This document shows positions 58,638-64,000 of a DNA stretch of 64,000 nt, piece after piece. Both the position numbers and the translations under genes were made by a program. The DNA is from Candidatus Dormibacteria bacterium (GTDB lineage: Bacteria; Chloroflexota; Dormibacteria; Aeolococcales; Aeolococcaceae). Position 1 is the first letter of the stretch. Each line of letters begins with the position of its first letter. The notes below the pieces were generated by a model. The model had not been told where the DNA came from, made no database searches, and worked only from the letters and a program-made list of their open reading frames with translations. The DNA lies in assembly GCA_050010655.1 (NCBI GenBank), contig JBEKKP010000016.1, positions 5,336-69,335 on the forward strand, in the 5' to 3' direction.

Positions 58638-59818
58638 CCGAGGACGTTTTCGTCCTGGACGCGGTGCGCACGCCGATCGGACGGCACGGTGGCGCGCTTG
58701 CGGGAGTCCGGCCGGACGACCTCGCTGCGACGGTCATCGCCGAGTTGGTCCGGCGGACGCCGGGGCTCGATCCGGCCACAGTGGGTGACGTCATTTTTGG
58801 CGACGGCAACGGCGCCGGCGAAGACAACCGGAATCTCGCGCGCATGGCGCTGCTGCTCGCGGGGGTGCCACCGAGCGTCCCCGGGACCACGGTCAACCGG
58901 CTCTGCGGCTCGGGGCTCGAGGCAGTGATCGCCGCCAGTCGCGCCATTGCCGTGGGCGACCACTCGGTGTGCATCGCCGGCGGTGTCGAGTCGATGTCCC
59001 GCGCGCCGTGGGTGATGCTCAAGCCCGAGCGCGGGTATGCCCGTACCAACGAGACGCTCTTTTCGACGACGCTCGGCTGGCGGATGGTCAACCCGCGGAT
59101 GCCGAAGGAGTGGACGATCTCGCTCGGCGAAGGTGCCGAATTGCTAGCCGCGAAATACTCCATCAGCCGCGAGGAGCAGGACGCGTTTGCGTTGCGGAGT
59201 CATCGTCAGGCCGCGGCTGCGTGGGATGCCGGTGTGTACGACGGCGAGCTCGTCGCGGTCCCTGGCGCGGACCTGCATCGCGACGAGAGCATCCGAGCCG
59301 ACACATCGCTCGAGGCGCTCGGCGCACTGAAACCGGCTTTTCGGCCCGATGGGACCGTCACCGCCGGCAACGCGTCGCCACTCAATGACGGGGCTGCTGC
59401 GGTCCTGCTCGCGGATGGCGAAGGCGCGAGACGCGCCGGCCGCGAGCCACTTGCGCGCATCGTCTCGCGGGGCGTGAGCGCCGTCGAGCCGCCGCTGTAC
59501 GGGATCGGGCCGGTGGAAGCGGCGAAGCAGGCGCTCCAGCGCGCCGGAATCGGGTGGCAGGATCTCGCGGTCGTCGAGCTCAACGAGGCCTTCGCGGCGC
59601 AGTCACTCGCCTGTCTGCGGGAATGGACGGACCTCGACCCATCGAAGGTGAATCCGAATGGCGGCGCCATCGCGATCGGGCATCCCATCGGGTGCTCTGG
59701 CGCTCGCATCATCGGGTCGCTCGCGCACGAGCTCCGGCGCCGAGGCGGCGGGTATGGGATGGCGGCGATCTGCATCGGCGTCGGCCAGGGTCTCGCGGTC
59801 GTCATCGAGGCTGTGTGA
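58634..59818 (+). CDS. pcaF: Beta-ketoadipyl-CoA thiolase
   Basis: Thiolase-family product (VNRLCGSGLEAV active Cys region; C-terminal GLAVVIEAV-type thiolase end, ...CIGVGQG...). Confidence 0.88.
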   Translation: MTEDVFVLDAVRTPIGRHGGALAGVRPDDLAATVIAELVRRTPGLDPATVGDVIFGDGNGAGEDNRNLARMALLLAGVPPSVPGTTVNRLCGSGLEAVIAASRAIAVGDHSVCIAGGVESMSRAPWVMLKPERGYARTNETLFSTTLGWRMVNPRMPKEWTISLGEGAELLAAKYSISREEQDAFALRSHRQAAAAWDAGVYDGELVAVPGADLHRDESIRADTSLEALGALKPAFRPDGTVTAGNASPLNDGAAAVLLADGEGARRAGREPLARIVSRGVSAVEPPLYGIGPVEAAKQALQRAGIGWQDLAVVELNEAFAAQSLACLREWTDLDPSKVNPNGGAIAIGHPIGCSGARIIGSLAHELRRRGGGYGMAAICIGVGQGLAVVIEAV

Positions 59819-59819
59819 T

Positions 59820-60513
59820 GCCCGAGCAAGCCCGGTCCCCGCATCCACCCAACGACTTCCCCGAGTACGGATCGAGCCGGCTTCGCGCGCCCAAGCAGCC
59901 ACTCCACGTGCTGCCCGGACGGCTCGCCGAACTTGGGTCACCGCTCCTCGCCGGGGAGACGATCGGCGCACTCGACCACGACCTCACCAGGCAGCACGAC
60001 GCCGAACCACTTGGCGAGCGGATCACGATCAACGGACGCGTTCTCGATGAGGACGGCACTCCGCTGTCCGGCACGCTCGTCGAGGTCTGGCAGGCGAACG
60101 CGGCGGGGCGCTATGCGCACCTCTCGGATCAGCACCCGGCGCCGCTCGATCCCAACTTCAGCGGTGCGGGTCGTTGCCTCACCGATTCGGATGGCACCTT
60201 CCGCTTCATCACGATCAAGCCGGGCGCCTACCCGTGGCGCAACCATCCAAATGCATGGCGGCCGGCGCACGTGCATTTCTCTGTGTTCTCGCCGCTCTTC
60301 GCGCAGCGACTCATCACGCAGATGTATTTCCCGGGCGACCCGCTCTTCGTGCAGGACCCGGTCCTCAATTCCGTGCCGGAGTGGGCGCGAGAGCGGCTGA
60401 TCGCGCGCTGGTCGCTCGAGTTGACCGAACCCGAGTGGTCGCTCGGCTATGTGTGGGACATCGTTGTGGCGGGGCGCGATGCGACGCCGCTCGACGATGA
60501 TGCGTCCGAATGA
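59820..60513 (+). CDS. pcaH: Protocatechuate 3,4-dioxygenase beta subunit
   Basis: PcaH motifs (GERITINGRVLDEDGTPL...LVEVWQANAAGRYAH...RPAHVHFSV). ATG overlaps the pcaF stop by 1 nt. The upstream ORF extension was discounted. Confidence 0.9.
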
Positions 60514-60995
60514 GACTGCCACTCACTCCGTCGCAGACAGTCGGACCGTTCTTTCGCATCGGCCTCTCGACCACCATCGGGTCGCATGTGGTCGGTGAAG
60601 GAATGCCCGGAGCGGTCCGCATCTCCGGGCAGGTGTTCGACGGCAACGGCGAGCCGGTTCCCGACGCGATGATCGAAACCTGGCAGGCGGAAGGCGCAGG
60701 CCGTTGCGCAACCGACGAGGAAGGCCACTTCGCCATCGTCACGAGCAAGCCTGCGGGGGACTCAGCCCCGGGTGCGCCGCACCTCGACGTGTCGGTGTTT
60801 GCGCGTGGTCTGCTCACCCGCCTCGTCACCCGCCTGTACTTTCCCGATGAGCACGATGCGAATGACGCCGACCCGGTGCTCCAATCGCTTTCGCCGGCGG
60901 AGCGCGCGACGCTCGTGGCCGTGAGAGAGGACGGCGGACTCCGCTTCGACATTCACCTTCAAGGCGCGCGTGAAACCGTCTTCTTCGATCGCTGA
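60510..60995 (+). CDS. pcaG: Protocatechuate 3,4-dioxygenase alpha subunit
   Basis: PcaG pattern (TPSQTVGPFF...ISGQVFDGNGEPVPDAMIETWQA...). ATGA overlap with pcaH. Confidence 0.88.
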   Translation: MRLPLTPSQTVGPFFRIGLSTTIGSHVVGEGMPGAVRISGQVFDGNGEPVPDAMIETWQAEGAGRCATDEEGHFAIVTSKPAGDSAPGAPHLDVSVFARGLLTRLVTRLYFPDEHDANDADPVLQSLSPAERATLVAVREDGGLRFDIHLQGARETVFFDR

Positions 60996-62328
60996 CGGGT
61001 TGGTCGATCCGCTCTTCAGCAGCGCCGAGGTGGACGCGGCGGTCAGCGACGAGGCGTGGCTGCAGGCGATGCTCGATTTCGAGGCTGCACTTGCCGAGTC
61101 GGAGGCGGATGCCGGCTTGATCCCCGTGAAAGCCGCGGCCGAGATTGCCGCGTCATGCCTGGCGGAGTTCTTCGACGCTTCAGAGATTGGCCGGCAGTCC
61201 GTGGCTGCCGGCAACCCCGCCGCACCGCTGGTCAGCGCGTTGATCGACCGCATGTCGATGGAAGCAAAGGAGTACGTGCATCTCGGCGCAACGAGTCAGG
61301 ACGTCATCGACACCGCGTTCTCACTCATGGCGCGCCGGGCGCTCGATGCGATCCTCGCCGATATTGCCGTTGCTTCGTCGGCGTGCGCGACGCTCGTCGC
61401 GAAGCACGAACACACACTTATGACTGCGCGAACGCTGCTGCAACCAGCGACACCAACGACATTCGGCTTCAAGGCGGCGGCCTGGCTCGTCAGCATTGAC
61501 GAAGCAGCCGCGCGGCTCGAACACGTCCGCAACGATCGCCTCGCCGTGCAGCTTGGTGGCGCCGCTGGAACGCTTGCGTCTCTCGAGGGCGCAGGAGTCG
61601 ACGTCGCGCACCGCGTGGCAGCGCGTCTTGGCCTCGCAGAGCCGGTGCTGCCCTGGCACACCGACCGCACTCGGGTTGCGGAGCTCGCCGCGGCACTCGG
61701 CATTGCTGTCGGGGTCCTCGGCAAGATCGCTCGCGATGTGGTCCTCCTGGCTCAGGCGGAGGTTGCCGAAGCCACCGAGGCCGAGCACGGCACATCATCG
61801 ACGCTGCCACAGAAACGGAATCCAGTCCGCGCGGTGCTCGTTGTCGCGGCGGCGGAGCGCGCACCGGGTCAGGTCGGCACGATTCTTGCCGCGATGATCC
61901 AGGAGCACGAGCGCGCCGCCGGTGCCTGGCACGCCGAATGGGAGACCGTTCGCGAGCTGCTGCGCATCGCAGGGGCGGCGAGCCATCACGCCGGCATCCT
62001 GCTCGGTTCCCTGCAGGTGGACACGCAACGGATGGCGGAGAACCTCGATGCCGACGGCGGACTCGTGATGGCCGAGAACCTTGCGCTGCAGCTTGCGCAT
62101 CACGTCGCACGCGCGGAAGCGCGCGAAATCGTGCGGCGGTGCAGCGAGGAGTCGCTGACGCGCAAGGTCGCATTCGCGGACATGGCGCGCCGTGATCCCG
62201 AAATACGCCGCCACCTCTCTGAGGAACAGATCAACGCTGCACTCGATCCGGCGAACTACCTCGGATCGATCGATGAGTTGATCGGACGAGCGCACGCCGC
62301 GCACCGCGATGCGGAGACGCGCGCATGA
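60970..62328 (+). CDS. pcaB: 3-carboxy-cis,cis-muconate cycloisomerase
   Basis: Fumarate-lyase superfamily (GATSQDVIDTA, GSSTLPQKRNP signature). 26-nt overlap with the pcaG end if the ATG at 60970 is used. Confidence 0.85.
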   Translation: MKPSSSIADGLVDPLFSSAEVDAAVSDEAWLQAMLDFEAALAESEADAGLIPVKAAAEIAASCLAEFFDASEIGRQSVAAGNPAAPLVSALIDRMSMEAKEYVHLGATSQDVIDTAFSLMARRALDAILADIAVASSACATLVAKHEHTLMTARTLLQPATPTTFGFKAAAWLVSIDEAAARLEHVRNDRLAVQLGGAAGTLASLEGAGVDVAHRVAARLGLAEPVLPWHTDRTRVAELAAALGIAVGVLGKIARDVVLLAQAEVAEATEAEHGTSSTLPQKRNPVRAVLVVAAAERAPGQVGTILAAMIQEHERAAGAWHAEWETVRELLRIAGAASHHAGILLGSLQVDTQRMAENLDADGGLVMAENLALQLAHHVARAEAREIVRRCSEESLTRKVAFADMARRDPEIRRHLSEEQINAALDPANYLGSIDELIGRAHAAHRDAETRA

Positions 62329-63104
62329 GCGTCGCGCTCTCCTACTCGCTGGTTGGCGATGTCACGAAGCCGATGCTGGTGATGAGCAGCGCACTCGGCA
62401 CCACCCGAGCGATGTGGGAATCACAGCAAGCGCTCGGTGCTGAATTCTCACTGCTCTTGTACGACCACCGCGGTCTCGGCGCCTCTCCGGCGCCTCGAGG
62501 TCCATACACCATCGAGGATCTGGGCACCGATGTGATCGCGTTGCTCGACACACTCGGCATGGAGTCCGTGTCGTTCTGCGGGGTGTCGCTCGGAGGCATG
62601 GTTGGGATGTGGCTCGCGGCGAACCACCGCGAGCGCATTCGCAGCCTTGTGGTGATGTGTGCGCTCTCGCGATTGCAGCCGTCCGAGCGGTACGTCGAGC
62701 GGGCTGCCGCTGTTCGCGCTGATGGCATCCCCCCGATTGCTGCCGGCGTCGTTGCCCGCTGGTTCACGTCCCGCTTCGGCGAGGAGCATCCAGACGTGCT
62801 CGAGGAGTTCACCGGTGCTCTTGCGAGCATGACGGCCGAAGGATATGCGAGCTGCTGCGAAGCCATTGCGACGGGTGACCTGCGCACCGCCATACACCGT
62901 ATCGCCGCGCCGACACTGATCATCGCCGGTGCCGATGACCCGTTCGTTCCGGCGTCGAGTGCGGTCATGTTCTGCGCATCCTTTCACGACGCGAGCGTTG
63001 CGGTGGTATCGGATGCAGGGCATCTCGTCAATGTCGAGCAACCGGAGATCGTGAATCGGCTGGTGCTCGAGCATCTTCTTGACAGCGACGGAGGAGTGGC
63101 GTGA
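62325..63104 (+). CDS. pcaD: 3-oxoadipate enol-lactonase (alpha/beta hydrolase)
   Basis: 259-aa alpha/beta hydrolase with a GVSLGG nucleophile elbow, in pca operon context. ATGA overlap. Confidence 0.85.
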   Translation: MSVALSYSLVGDVTKPMLVMSSALGTTRAMWESQQALGAEFSLLLYDHRGLGASPAPRGPYTIEDLGTDVIALLDTLGMESVSFCGVSLGGMVGMWLAANHRERIRSLVVMCALSRLQPSERYVERAAAVRADGIPPIAAGVVARWFTSRFGEEHPDVLEEFTGALASMTAEGYASCCEAIATGDLRTAIHRIAAPTLIIAGADDPFVPASSAVMFCASFHDASVAVVSDAGHLVNVEQPEIVNRLVLEHLLDSDGGVA

Positions 63105-63493
63105 GCGATGACATTCGAGACACGGGGATGACCACGCGCCGCGAGGTCCTTGGCGATGCCCATGTGGATCGCGCGATGGCAGACGCTGACTCGTTCACCG
63201 CCGACCTGCAGGAGCACATCACGCGGTATGCCTGGGGCGCAGTCTGGTCACGTCCCGGACTGGATCGACGCACGCGGAGCTGCATCACTGTCGCGATGCT
63301 CGCCGCCCAGGGCTCTGAGCACGAGCTGGCGATGCATGTACGCGCCGCACGGCGCAACGGCGTGACGGTCAATGAGCTCAAGGAGGTCCTGCTCCAGGTT
63401 GCCGTGTATGCCGGCGTCCCTCGAGCGAACCGCGCATTCGCGATCGCCCGCGAGGTGCTTGCCGAGACCGAGCCCGAGGTGGAAGCCACATGA
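63101..63493 (+). CDS. pcaC: 4-carboxymuconolactone decarboxylase
   Basis: 130-aa CMD-family product (...YAWGAVWSRPGLDRRTRSCITVAMLAA...HVRAARRNGVT..E). ATGA overlap with pcaD. Confidence 0.88.
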   Translation: MSDDIRDTGMTTRREVLGDAHVDRAMADADSFTADLQEHITRYAWGAVWSRPGLDRRTRSCITVAMLAAQGSEHELAMHVRAARRNGVTVNELKEVLLQVAVYAGVPRANRAFAIAREVLAETEPEVEAT

Positions 63494-64000
63494 CCGACTC
63501 CGAGCGCCCAACGACCGCCCGCACCGACCGAGGGATTGGCACGGACTTCGTGCAGTCACTGGAGCGCGGTCTGGCAGTGATCCGCGCGTTCGACGCCGAG
63601 CATCCCGAGCTGACCCTGAGCGACGTCGCGAGAGCGGCGGGCCTGACGCGTGCCTCAGCGCGGCGATTCCTTCGCACACTCATGGAGCTGGGCTACGTGC
63701 GCAGCAACGGACGCCTCTTCGCGCTGCGACCGCGCGTGCTCGAGCTCGGCTACGCATATCTGTCGAGCCTCAGCTTGCACGAGGTCGCGCAACCACACCT
63801 CGAGCGGCTGGTGAGTGTGCTTCGCGAGTCCTCGTCAGTCTCCGTACTTGACGCCGACGACGTCGTCTACGTCGCGCGGGTTCCGACCCGGCGCATCATG
63901 ACCATCACGATCAGTGTCGGGACGCGGTTCCCCGCGTACGCGACATCCATGGGCCGCGTCCTGCTCGCCGGCCAGAGCGACGAGTGGCTTGACGGATATT
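63490..64000 (+). CDS. pcaR: IclR-family transcriptional regulator (PcaR/PcaU-like), 3'-partial at window end
   Basis: N-terminal IclR HTH (VQSLERGLAVIRAFDAEHPELTLSDVARAAGLTRASARRFLRTLMELGYV) and beginning of the effector domain. ATGA overlap with pcaC. No stop within the window. Confidence 0.85.
   Translation, partial: MTDSERPTTARTDRGIGTDFVQSLERGLAVIRAFDAEHPELTLSDVARAAGLTRASARRFLRTLMELGYVRSNGRLFALRPRVLELGYAYLSSLSLHEVAQPHLERLVSVLRESSSVSVLDADDVVYVARVPTRRIMTITISVGTRFPAYATSMGRVLLAGQSDEWLDGY

Overview
This window is a high-GC (about 70%) chromosomal segment, probably from an actinobacterium (Rubrobacteria or Thermoleophilia type). It is densely coding, and many operons use 4-nt GTGA or ATGA start/stop overlaps. 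The metabolic content is outlined first, from 5' to 3'.

- **1-2900:** branched-chain amino acid module with BCKDH E2 (5'-partial), a branched-chain aminotransferase, and an RraA-family protein.
- **2919-6558 (minus strand):** paaABCDE, the phenylacetyl-CoA epoxidase cluster. It sits head-to-head with hppD (4-hydroxyphenylpyruvate dioxygenase) across an almost nonexistent intergenic gap.
- **7690-7915 and 35483-35610:** a structured palindromic REP/MITE-like repeat family, as a tandem pair and as one inverted copy.
- **7921-9302:** a Mop/TOBE molbindin, two adjacent cupin proteins and one weakly supported hypothetical ORF.
- **9333-17754:** a 2-hydroxyacid dehydrogenase, class V and class III aminotransferases, a GH63 glucosyl/mannosyl-glycerate-type hydrolase, an alpha/beta hydrolase and a DHDPS-family protein.
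- **17751-24092:** a DAO-type flavoenzyme, glycolate oxidase glcDEF and an AGXT-like aminotransferase.
- **24686-27445:** a large membrane GGDEF-EAL protein with a C-terminal receiver domain.
- **27476-32750:** a coenzyme F420 island (fgd, a PPOX-class F420 enzyme, cofD, a short standalone cofE, cofC, an EamA transporter and a DDN-family F420H2-dependent reductase).
- **32758-34956:** an in-frame amidohydrolase fused to an N-terminally truncated acyl-CoA synthetase.
- **34953-37319:** a MaoC-like dehydratase, the inverted repeat copy and an acyl-CoA synthetase.
- **37374-44092:** a DeoR-controlled sugar operon bracketed by two BtpA/SgcQ paralogs.
- **44260-48520:** an APC permease, small hypothetical proteins, a redoxin and an SDR.
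- **48517-56866 (minus strand):** an aromatic uptake/oxidation operon in the order Liv-type ABC transporter, ALDH, pobA, single-subunit intradiol dioxygenase.
- **57061-64000:** divergent from that operon, pcaIJ-F-HG-B-D-C plus a 3'-partial IclR-type regulator gene.

No rRNA, tRNA, CRISPR array, IS element or integrase was recognised. The most interesting unexplained signals are the repeat family with compensatory stem changes, the hppD/paaA face-to-face starts on a GAACC/GGTTC palindrome and the gene fusion. The cofE architecture and the GTTCGCATAGCGAAC operator-like palindrome in the pca/liv control region are also unexplained. Long antisense shadow ORFs are abundant and were discounted.
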